Assembly: GCA_030704615.1 (NCBI GenBank)
Contig: CM060734.1
Coordinates: 58,094,001-58,158,000, forward strand
Direction: 5' to 3'
Source of the DNA: Takakia lepidozioides
Taxonomy: Eukaryota > Plantae > Bryophyta
DNA: 64,000 bases
A model generated the notes under the pieces. It made no database searches. It saw nothing but the letters and a program-made list of their open reading frames with translations, and was not told the origin of the DNA. Of this stretch, positions 36,982-48,000 are shown in pieces (the stretch's first letter is position 1; each line of letters begins with the position of its first letter). A program made the position numbers and the translations under genes.

Positions 36982-39900
36982 ATGGCAGGCAGTCCCACGA
37001 CAACAAGCGCGTCGTTCATACAACCAAGCCACAAGATCGATTCTGGGACTTGTGGGCATGTGAGGACACTATGTGAGGCAGGACAACTGAAAGAGGCTCT
37101 GCACATTTTGAACCAAGGAAGCATTTTGACCAACTCTGATACTTATTTGTGTCTCTTGCGAAAGTGCATCAATGTGAAGGGCTTAGCAGTAGGAAAGCAG
37201 GTCCATGCCCACATTATGAAAAGTGGATTCAAGCCGAACGTGTTTCTGTACAACACCCTTGTCAAAATGTATGTCAAGTGTGGGAGCATCATGGATGCAC
37301 ACCGAGTGTTTGACAGGATGCCTCAACGAGATATGTTTTCATGGACTATAATGATGGCAGGATACACCAAGCATGGGTGTGGTAAAAAAACCTTGGAGAC
37401 CTATGAGCAAATGATCCAGGAAGGGGCAACACCCAACCAGGTCACATTCGTTTGCGTCCTCAAGGCATGTGCGAGCGTGGCAGACCTTGAAAAAGGCAAA
37501 GAGGTCCATGCTGACATTGTGAAAGCTGGAATTGTACCAAATATGATTCTGAATACCACCCTTGTGGATATGTATGCAAAATGCGGGAGCATTGAGGATG
37601 CAAAGGTAGTGTTTGACAGTATGGCTGAAAGAAATGTGGTGTCCTGGAATGCGATGATCGCAGGATGTGCCCAGCATGGCTATGGGTTGGAGGCATTGGA
37701 GATCTATGGGCAAATGAACCGGGAAGGGGTGAAGCCAGACCAGGTCACATTTGTTTGTATTTGCAATGCCTGTGCGAGCTTGGCAGACCTGGAAAAGGGC
37801 AAAAAGTTCCATGCTGAGATCATTAAAGCTGGATTTGTACCAGGTGTCATTCTGAACACATCCCTCATGGACATGTATGCCAAATGCAGGAGCATCAAGG
37901 ATGCAAAGAGAGTGTTTGACAACATGGCTGAACGAAATGTGGTGTCATGGAACGCGATGATTGCAGGATATGCCCAGCATGGATGTGGGATGGAGGCTTT
38001 GGAGACCTATGAGCAAATGATGCAGGAAGGGGTGAAACCAGATCACGTCACGTTCGTTGCCGTTTGCAATGCTTGTGCGGGCCTGGCAGCCCTGGAAAAT
38101 AGCAAGGAGGTCCATGCCAACATCATGAAAACTGGAATTATACCACGTCTGATCTTGAACAATACCCTTGTGGACATGTATGCCAAATGTGGGAGCATGA
38201 AGGATGCAAAGGGAGTGTTTGACAATATGACTGAACGAGATGTGGTCTCATGGAGTGCGATGATCGCAGGATATACTCAGGATGGGAGTGGAATGGAGGC
38301 TCTGGAAACCTATGAGCAAATGATGCGGGAAGGGGTGAAACCCAACCAGGTCACATTTGTTGGCGCTTGTAATGCATGTTCAAGCCTGGCAGACCTAGAA
38401 AAGGGCAAAGAGGTCCATAATAACATCCTGAAATCTGGAATTGTTCCACATACGATTCTGAGCAATGCTCTCATGGACATGTATGCCAAATGTGGGAGCA
38501 TCAAGGATGCAAAGAGAGTTTTCGACAGCATGGCTGAACGAAATGTGGTGTCCTGGAATGCGATGATTGCAGGATATGCCCAGCACGGCTGTGGGTTGGA
38601 AGCTTTGGAGGCCTATGAGCAAATGATGCAGGCAGGGTTGAAACCAGACCAGGTTACGTTTGTTGGTGCTTGCAGTGCATGTGCTAGCCTGGCAGCTCTA
38701 GAAAAGGGCAAAGAGGTCCATGGTGACATTGTGATAGCTGGAATTGTACCACATCTGATTCTGAACAATACCCTGGTGGACATGTATGCCAAATGCGGGA
38801 GCATCGGCAATGCAAAGGGAGTGTTTGACAATATGGCTAAACGAGATGTGATATCATGGAATGCGATGATCGCAGGATATGCCCAGCATGGGAGTGGCAT
38901 GGAGGCTTTGGAGACCTATGAGCAAATGATGTGGGAAGGGGTGAAGCCAGACCAGGTCACATTTGTTTGTGTTTGCAATGCGTGTGCCAGACTGGCAGAC
39001 CTGGAAAAGGGTAAAGGGGTCCATGCTGACATCATTAAAGGTGGAATTGTACCAAATATGATTCTGGACACTGCCCTTGTGGACATGTATGCCAAATGTG
39101 GGAGCATCAAGGATGCAAAGGGAGTGTTTGACAACATGGCTGAACGAAATGTGGTGTCATGGAGTGCCATGGTCGCAGGATATGCTCAGCATGGGAGGGG
39201 GACAGAGGCTTTGGAGACCTATGAGCAAATGATGCGTGAAGGGGTAAAGCAGGACCATGTTACGTTTGTTTGCGTAGCCAAGGCATGTGCCAGCCTGGCA
39301 GCCCTGGAAAAAGGCAGAGAGGTTCATGGCGACATCATTAAAGCTGGAATTGTACCAGATGTCATTCTGGACACTGCCCTTGTGGACATGTACGCCAAAT
39401 GCGGGAGCATCGAGGATGCAAAGGGAGTGTTTGACAGTATGGCTGAACGAAATGTGGTGTCATGGAATGCGATGATAGGAGGATATGCCCAGCATGGTTT
39501 TCATAGGGAGGCCCTGCAACTATTTGAATGCATGCAAAAGGAAGGCTTGAAACCAAACAGTATCACCTACACATGTGTTCTCTCTGCATGTAGCCATGTT
39601 GGTCTTGTGGATGAGGGCAGACACTACTTTGATTCCCTTAGTAATAATCATGGCCTCACCCCTACTGCGAAGCATTGTGGCTGCATGGTGGACCTTCTTG
39701 GCCGTACAGGGCGATTGGATGAGGCGGAGGACTTCATTAACAAAATGCCAATCAAACCGGATGCTGTTGTGTGGAGGGCCTTGCTTGGTGCCTGCAGAGT
39801 TCATGGCAATGTGGAGGTGGCAGAACGTGCAGCAAAATGTGTTCTCAAGTGGGATGTACAGGATGCTGGAACTTATGTGTTGCTATCAAACATCTATGCT

Positions 39901-40377
39901 GCAGCTGGCAGGTGGGATGACACTGCAAAGGTGAGACGAATGATGAAGGTCAGAGATGTCAAAAAGGAGCCAGGTCGCTGCCGCATCGAGGTCGGCAATG
40001 GGATGCACACCTTTGCTGTCGATGACAGATTGCATCCACAGATTGAGGAAATCCATGCTGAGCTGAGAAGATTGTCTGGGCAGATGAAGGAGGCAGGGTA
40101 CTTGCCTGACACACGCTTTGTGTTGCATGATATGGAGGAGCAACATAAGGAATATTCTCTCTGCCACCACGGTGAGAAGCTGGCCATTGCTTTTGGGCTT
40201 ATAAGCACAGCCCCTGGGACGCCCCTCCGTATCATCAAGAACCTTCGGGTGTGTGGTGACTGCCACACGGCAACCAAGTTCATCTCAAAGATTGTTGGGC
40301 GAGTAATTGTTGTACGGGATGCCAACCGCTTTCACCACTTCAAAGATGGGATTTGTTCTTGTGGGGAGTACTGGTGA
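36982..40377 (+). CDS. PLS-class DYW PPR protein (organellar C-to-U RNA editing factor), intact reading frame
   Basis: Eight L-S-P triplets at 303-nt period, then L2/S2, E1/E2, KKEPGRCRIEV, HGEKLAIAFGL, KNLRVCGDCH, FHHFKDGICSCGEYW*. First in-frame ATG is 36982; an upstream exon is possible. Confidence 0.95.
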   Translation: MAGSPTTTSASFIQPSHKIDSGTCGHVRTLCEAGQLKEALHILNQGSILTNSDTYLCLLRKCINVKGLAVGKQVHAHIMKSGFKPNVFLYNTLVKMYVKCGSIMDAHRVFDRMPQRDMFSWTIMMAGYTKHGCGKKTLETYEQMIQEGATPNQVTFVCVLKACASVADLEKGKEVHADIVKAGIVPNMILNTTLVDMYAKCGSIEDAKVVFDSMAERNVVSWNAMIAGCAQHGYGLEALEIYGQMNREGVKPDQVTFVCICNACASLADLEKGKKFHAEIIKAGFVPGVILNTSLMDMYAKCRSIKDAKRVFDNMAERNVVSWNAMIAGYAQHGCGMEALETYEQMMQEGVKPDHVTFVAVCNACAGLAALENSKEVHANIMKTGIIPRLILNNTLVDMYAKCGSMKDAKGVFDNMTERDVVSWSAMIAGYTQDGSGMEALETYEQMMREGVKPNQVTFVGACNACSSLADLEKGKEVHNNILKSGIVPHTILSNALMDMYAKCGSIKDAKRVFDSMAERNVVSWNAMIAGYAQHGCGLEALEAYEQMMQAGLKPDQVTFVGACSACASLAALEKGKEVHGDIVIAGIVPHLILNNTLVDMYAKCGSIGNAKGVFDNMAKRDVISWNAMIAGYAQHGSGMEALETYEQMMWEGVKPDQVTFVCVCNACARLADLEKGKGVHADIIKGGIVPNMILDTALVDMYAKCGSIKDAKGVFDNMAERNVVSWSAMVAGYAQHGRGTEALETYEQMMREGVKQDHVTFVCVAKACASLAALEKGREVHGDIIKAGIVPDVILDTALVDMYAKCGSIEDAKGVFDSMAERNVVSWNAMIGGYAQHGFHREALQLFECMQKEGLKPNSITYTCVLSACSHVGLVDEGRHYFDSLSNNHGLTPTAKHCGCMVDLLGRTGRLDEAEDFINKMPIKPDAVVWRALLGACRVHGNVEVAERAAKCVLKWDVQDAGTYVLLSNIYAAAGRWDDTAKVRRMMKVRDVKKEPGRCRIEVGNGMHTFAVDDRLHPQIEEIHAELRRLSGQMKEAGYLPDTRFVLHDMEEQHKEYSLCHHGEKLAIAFGLISTAPGTPLRIIKNLRVCGDCHTATKFISKIVGRVIVVRDANRFHHFKDGICSCGEYW

Positions 40378-40969
40378 CACCCGATCAAGGAAATCCCAGC
40401 CATCAAAATCCAAAACCCTTGGTGTTTCTTCATGTAGGGTGAGGCCCTCGGACGGGGGCCTAGGCACTTGGCATCGTGCGGGGCCCCTCATTTCAGGAGA
40501 GCCCCCGTCCTTGGGCCTCACCTCACCCTACATGTGAAACACCATCCCAAACCGACCGGTCACAAAAATTACACTGCACAGGAGTAGGTAGTATAATTTG
40601 AGCCCATGTGATACATAGTGCACTATCCAATTGAGTACTTAGGGTTATATGTTGTCCTTGCTATCCGCCAACCCAACGGTCTCTTGGATAGTGGTGATGA
40701 TTGTAGGACATGAATCAACTTTCTCTGGATTCATCTTGCATTGCATCTTACAAGGTTAATATGGTAACTAAGGGGTCAATGTAAACTTCAGTGTGCAGTC
40801 AAGGCCCTCGTGGTAAAGCAATAAAGCAACACTAGAAAATTATATGGGACAACCCCTGAAGGAACCAGGAACAGAAACTTTCCACAAGCTTGGTGCTATA
40901 ATCTCTGGGGCCATTAACTCACTCTCTTCACACTTCAAGCATTGTAGGTATTTGCCATAAATTTTATCA

Positions 40970-43900
40970 TCACAGTTCTGCAAGTATCCTTTGACATTTT
41001 TCAATGAGAATCTTGATTGCTTCCGTGAACAGCACTTCAGGAGGTAGGGCGCCCGTTGATTCAATTGAAACTGCAGACAACAACAGGAAAAACAATAAAT
41101 TCCAGTCATGCCAAAAATCAACTCAACGCTCTGATACCTCCTTTACACTACTTACAGAGAGTGCAGGCTGCACATACCTACACATGCTCAAGAAAGGACA
41201 GCATTCATGGGAGTACTGGACTCAGACACCAACTGAATAAAATGGATAATGCCAATCTACAGCCAAGAAGGTACAGAAGCCTACATATGAAGTGCTCTTT
41301 CACACGCCGTACTTGCAGCCGCTTGTCCCATCCCTCTCCCCTCACACACTCACGACATAGAGTGCAGTCCCTGGGCCTTGCTACTACAGCTTTTTTTCTT
41401 CCTGCTCCAAGACCAAATTTGTCATGTTACATGGGCAAATCCAATCATACACCCAGGTCCTACTAGGAATCCAAATGCCTGCATTGATGATCCCTTGCAC
41501 ATGCCCTCCTCAGAGGAGACAAAACCAGCAAAGATAAGGGAAAGGTGGAAAACAGCCCCTTGCACCTACGTCTGTTTTCATACTCCCTACAGAATATTGT
41601 TGGTGAGCCTCCAGCAACTGATGAATATGGAGAAACAACCAGGCAAAATATATCCAATTTGTGTTAAGAGAGACCCCTGGTTCCCTTCTCCAACTCTTTG
41701 CTAATACCCCGGTAAGGAATATAATACAATACAACACGTAAGGTGTTGCTTACCTGGACCTACAGTACAACAGGTAAGGAACTGAGTACCTGGATCTACA
41801 TCTTCAATGTCAAACACACGCACAGGACATGTTTGAACAAGCTCCTCTGCAAGATCCCCTTCAATGTCTTCCAACAGCACCACCTGTTCAGCATGACAAA
41901 AGCAATGTGAGAGGGCATGATGTGCATGCCTTGTCCCAGGCAGCAGATCCTAGGCAAACATGCCACCATTTTCATGCACAGGGTGAACAGCAGGTCTGAC
42001 TGTAGCTACCTCTGGAAGCATCCTATACTTGGCAGTTGCAACAGGCGACCACTTGGCATGCGTCTTGCCTATTCCTTTGACCGCATGTGCCTCCAGTTCA
42101 ATAGCCTGTCATTAATTTACCATCCACAGCCTCACGTTAGGCCCTCACACCTCTGCTTCCCCCAAACTTAAGACAAGCAAGATCCACATGAGTATGACAT
42201 GATAATGTATCCGATGTGGGAAGATTGGCAAATTGTGTGAAACACACTTAAGTGGAGATCCATTGCTAGAAGATACTAGTGAATCAATAAATACAGAGGG
42301 GTCAACAAAATGCCTCCATGTAAGAGGATCAGTCATACCTGACCTGGCCTGAGCTTGGCAAGGACAATATCAGGATACCGACATGCAATGGGTTCACTGG
42401 TAAAGGCAGGCAAGGAACTTTGACTGCACCCAAATGCTGTAAACTTTGTCTTTGTATCAAATGGCATTTCACTGCCTTCTGTCAGCCACTTGAGCTGTTC
42501 CGATTTCACTGCCATCCCAGTGCCGATCAGCTACTCCCTAAAACAATGCAATAGAAGACTAGTATCCAATATAAGAACACTGACCACAGGGCAGAAACCT
42601 CCACCTATCCCTCCCTTCCACAGTCAGTTGGTTTTCAATTATATTCAACGTATCACCACAGAAGCAGCGATAGAAAAGGCACATTGACATAAACTTTGTG
42701 TGAAAGTAAAGTTAAAGATAAGGCATTCCCCCTATATGTGCAGAGGAGTCTTGGAAGCAATTAAACCTAGGAAACTCTGTTAACTGAGGAAAAGTGGATG
42801 GTGATCAACAGCAGACCCATTGATAGCAGCTACAAGCAGAATCTTCAAACAAATGAGGGCCCTACCTGAAGCATTCTTCACCCGGTCTCCTTGTCGAGTG
42901 CATACCACATCAAGTTTGAAGACAATCGTGTTTTTCTCACTTGCAATCTCCTCATCTGCAATTGAGTCCCTCCAAGAAAGAAAGAATTTTCAATGTCGTA
43001 GACAGAAAAACAATGGCTCCAACCAACTCTTAACTCACAAACCACCAGGTTACAACACACAGAATGCCCATAAAAGCCAACTTCCCACAATGAGGACACA
43101 CTTATTACGGTAAACAACAAATAATAACCTCAAAAGAGAAGTTTATCGCTGGCAACAACTGCAGGTGATCAATTCAGATACCTGTCTTATAATCAAATAG
43201 CCGGGGATCTGCCTTGATAGGCACCAAGCCCAGCCGATGGGCCAGCACTTCATCTTGAATGACAGATGTATTGTTTGCAATATATACCTTTTCTATAGCC
43301 ATTGTCGGCACCTGCACATGTAAACACTCCCATCAACAACCTATTGCAAATTTCATCATGAATGCGGCATGTCAGTACGAGAGACAAATCTGGAAGAAGG
43401 AATCAGGCAAGCTGACAGATAGATAAGAAAAAATATTCAACAGATAATGGCCTCTTACTGGTGATTTGCCATTATGGCGACCACATTTAAGGGAAAATCC
43501 ACCTTCTTTGAGCCAGACAACCTATCAACCAGCTGTGTTAACCATGCAAAGTGGGGGAAACTATACACAAAAGCTTATATATAATATCCTGCCAATAATC
43601 AGTATGTTCAGAGCCCAGGATGGTGCAAGTAGAAGGAAATGGTGCGAACAGTTCTTGCTGCTGCCCTGTCCACACTGCAGCCTGATGGAAACCTCTTACT
43701 TCAAGTAGAGCTTCCACTGAATTGGTCCAACCAGATGTTTAGTCCAGACTGCTTGACATGGATGAATCTAAAATAGCATACAGGAAACTTGGCGAGGCAT
43801 GGACATAGGTTCACAAACCTCGGCAATCAGAATCCTGCGCAAGGTATTGGCAAGGGCAGCATCAATGCCAACCATGTCGAACTCAATATCGTCCTCATTC

Positions 43901-44440
43901 ACAGACATAACTTCCACACGAAAGTTTTTCCGGAAGTCATCCAGCCGCAAACTGTTATCCACTCCGTACGCCATGTAAGCTCCTGAATACTGCACTGATT
44001 CTGTCTGCATCCATAGTCACCACTGTCAGTGCCTGCGAATTAATACAGCACTCCCTTCCCACTAGCTTTTCAACATACCCAGTTGGACCGGTCGCTTCGA
44101 CATCTGATTTCTCACTCTTTTTGGCCTCACTTCCATCCCTCCCGTCCTTCCATCCTATTTTCCATGATTCTTTCTTCCTTGAAGTGGCCTGTAAATCCAG
44201 AGAACCTAGAGTAGAACAATCGCTATAGTTTCTACGTACTGAACACCACTACAAAAAATGAAATTCTGCACAAAGGACACAATGCAAAGACTTCAAAGGA
44301 AGAAAGATGGAAGTGTGACGCACGTAAGAGGGAGCATCCGAAGCACACACGACACGGGTGCGCTGGAGCTCAAGATGCGGAGGTAGCTGTCCTTTGGGTA
44401 CATCCTCCATCTCTGTAGCTGATGGCGGTTTCATCCCCAT
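40970..44440 (-). CDS. RPAC1: DNA-directed RNA polymerases I and III subunit AC40 (RPAC1), 9 exons
   Basis: GT-AG exons 44440-44324, 44004-43819, 43311-43182, 42955-42866, 42508-42339, 42105-42010, 41883-41790, 41401-41285, 41070-40970. Motifs [71 protein letters not shown]. Confidence 0.93.
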
Positions 44441-44602
44441 GACTGATTTGAAACAAGCTGCGCCTCTTTCAGATGTCCTCCTGCTGCTTGTACCTACCTG
44501 ACATGCCCTTCGTTCACATGGATTGCGGGATAGCCTAGCCTCCCTCTTGTCCCTGTTGGAATGTTTGAAAATGAGAGCGGGTGGGGTGCGAGACGGTCGC
44601 GT

Positions 44603-44683
44603 TCCAATAAGCCCTAAACCCACACCTAGCCCTAACTTCTCCTCCAATAAGCCCTAAACCCACGCCCTAACCCTAACTTCTCC
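44603..44683. promoter_or_regulatory. Tandem 2 x ~40-bp repeat with telo-box-like motifs in the RPAC1/GCN1 divergent promoter
   Basis: ccaataagccctaaacccac..ccta.ccctaacttctcc occurs twice; CCCTAAACCC and CCCTAACCCTAA resemble the AAACCCTA telo-box. Confidence 0.5.
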
Positions 44684-45078
44684 GGGTCAATTCATTTTCC
44701 TCATTCAAGCCAGAGTTGTTTAGGAAGGAGAGGCAGGGACCGTAACGGAGCCTGAAAGCGTCGTTGCGAGCTACATTCTGCCGGCACTTTCAGTGATTTC
44801 ACCCCCATATAACTTTTGTTGAAGCAGCCAGTGCGTACATTGTAGTGTGCACTACAGAAAACCATCGCCGGATACTGCAGATTCTGCTTCACGCACAATG
44901 TATAATTACATCTAGGAAAAGACTTGAATATGCTCGGGGTGTTGATTCCGGGTACGTCAGACTGTGGATCTTCGCGGTAAGGTTTCTCGTACAAAAGATT
45001 TTTCTGGGATTCATCTGGAGTGAGGGACCAACATAATTATGCAAGGATAGTTTGGGTATCGTTGAGGGCTGGACCAGT

Positions 45079-48000
45079 ATGGCACACGTGCCTGCTGTGC
45101 TTCAGGCTGCAGCTCAGGATGTGTCTACTGCCTCCACCAAACAGCGGATTTCCATTTTTTCGGCGAGCATTCCGTCTGCTCTTGACTCTGCAGGTACTGT
45201 GCGGTGCAGTTCATGGCTTCATTCTTGCTTCTGCTGTTGTTTTGCGCTGCCTGCAACCCGATTTTTTCGAGATAGCAGCAATGGTCGGAGTGTTTTGATT
45301 TTGCTGACTCCTATGTTTTTGGTCATGGGGCTCTCTGACAGCTGTACGTTGAGCTAAATGTGGTCTCTGCAGAACTCTAAAGCAGAAGAGTTCTGTGCAG
45401 CATCCGTACATGGCCTACTGACATGTACTTTGCTGGCAGAATTGTTCCTGTTGTCAATGCTAGATCATCTCTGGGCATGTTGGCGGCCTGAGAAAGGTTA
45501 AAAGGTTCTAGATTGCATGTCTTGGAGACTGAAGAGAGTGGAGAGTTGCGAGTGAAGGAATTTGTGGCAGTGTAAATTGGAAGGGACATGACATGCTGTC
45601 ATTGGACGGGTGCTTGCTGCAGTTTGATGTTGATTCTGTTAACCTTAAAGCAAAAGTAACAGGGATGGGGGACTGAATGGGATCCTCAATTTATTTATTG
45701 CTTTTTAGGATCTGCTGACAGATAACTCACAGTAGCAACTGCACCACGATCAAGCTACTTACCCTTGGAAAGTAAATAGCATTTTAGTTGGCCATTCAGT
45801 ACGCCGGGCCATGCGCACCGGAGGACAACCTCAAACTGACATCAACAAATGCAAGTTATAGACCATATTGAGTATCTTGCACAATAATGAATTGGGTGAC
45901 AAATGCTCCCCTCAGCTTTCGTGCTGGGCAATTTAGAAATTGGTTGCCCATTTTACTTTGCCAAATTCCTTGCACACCTTTCAGAACCATCATATTTTGT
46001 TCCTTGGGAGGAAAAGGAAAAATGACCTCACGAAAATTGTCCGCATCTTTAACACAATCCCTGGTGACAAGCTTGGTGTCAAAGGCAAATGCCGATCATG
46101 AAAATATCTGTTAAGTTGTTCCTCATGAAATCTCTTGAGCTTCGCTGGTTGAAGAATACTAGCCCCACTTGCATTTCTTTCAGATTGCCACAAGGGGAAC
46201 AACTTACAGGGTTTGCCCACACAGGTTGCAGTTTGTCTACTGTGCACTCAGGTGTTTCATTGTAACTATGAATCACACTTAAGATTGTGGTCTCATCAAT
46301 CTATATGTTGTTAATCCAGATACGTTTTCAACTTTATGTCTGACTTGCAGGGGACAGCATTGGGGAGTATGTGGTGGACCTAGTGGATGTCATTTTTTCT
46401 ACGTTGTCACTCTATGAAGACCGGGCATCTCAAGCAGCTGTGGAGCATGTTATATCAAAGGCCCTAAAGGAGCCTACCTTTGTGAAGGCATTTGCAGGAG
46501 TACTTGTGCAAACTGCTGAGAGTTCATGCAGGGCAAGTAGTGGTGCAGTGCAGTTAAAGCTGCTAAGGTGGTCATGCCTGCTTATCAGTCACAATCCTGC
46601 CCTAATGTCAGCCAAGTCTGCCTTCTCCAGGGTGGCAGCGATGCAGGCTTCTCTTCTCTCTTTGCTCTTCCAGGCCTCCTTTCGTTTGCAACGATCGAGT
46701 CGGCACATCTTCTTGCGCCAGCTTTCTAAGGTGTATTGCCTTTATTTTTTGGCAGATTATACTGTGATTTGTCTCATTACGTGTTCCATCCATTTATAAC
46801 ATGATTCAAGAAGACAGATTTTCAGTTGTACTAAAATTTGAAGGCATTTGTAAACTAGTTGTGCCGTTGATCGAGATTATGCTAATTGAACAATTGTGCT
46901 CCACAGGTTGATGATCTTTTTGAGCACTATGTCTCTGAGCTACGGGGGTCTGCCTTGGGCTTAGAGAGCAGCAGTGGTCTGATCAGGATGCTACTAGACT
47001 TCTGTGTGGGAAAGCCGCCGTTGGTTGAGATGCATAAGGTGAAGTCTCTTACTAGGTGTTTATGGTTTGTGCTGCTGGGAGTGTTTGCTAATTTGGAACA
47101 AGAGATGTATCCTCATACCTGCTTGTGCTGATTCTTCTCTAAATGCTATTCATGTGCCAGTGACTACGGCTGGGTGAGAATCGCTTTGGAGCTGAGGCAG
47201 TTTGATTAGCAGATGAAGTGCATGCACTGTGTGGTAGGATGTGCATCTATTTTACCTTCAAATCAAACAGTGTTTGGGCTAAAGTATGGTTTTCACTTTG
47301 TAAGCAGTAGTTTAACAATGTGGTTTGCTGCTGACTTCTGCCCATAGGCCTGGTTTCTGGAGTTATACATCAAGCTCGTTTTGACCTCAAGAGAAAAGCC
47401 ACCCAAAGCATTGACTCTAGCCTTTCGGCCCCTGCTGCAAGAGTTGACACATGATGAGTTCGGCAAAACCGTGGTGCCGACTGCAGGGAAGATGTTGAAG
47501 AGGAATCCAGAGCTGGTCATGGAAGCTGTTAGCCTTCTCTTGACATTCATAAGCCTGGATCTTAGCAAGTACACCGCAGAATTATTGCCCACTGTACTGC
47601 TGCAGGCCCGCCATACAGATGAGGCACGGCGCAAGGAGGCTCTTGCCGTCCTGACCCACTTGGCTTCTCATTCGAGTGACCTCGATGCTGTCTCTGCCAT
47701 GTTTCAGTCTATCAAATCTGTTTTCGCAGGTTTCACTTGCTTTCTCTCTCTCATAGACTCACCCTCCTACTTACACATCTCTTTCCTGTTGTTTCCTTAC
47801 ATCTGTGTATCTTGTTATCTTGGATGTGGGTGTATTATTTATCTTTGTTTACCTCTCAAATGTGAGTTCAGAAATTACTAGGCTATCACATTGATATATC
47901 TTGCGTTTCTGCTGTGCAGTGTGGGTCTAAGATGGCAAGGTATTACAGTAAAAATTTACTGACAGGGTCTTGGCACTGCTAGTGTATGAATGAACCTACA

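Noticed and set aside
37339-40325. Antisense ORFs over the PPR genes and other coding regions
   Set aside because: Shadow frames of the sense-strand repeats with no independent support.
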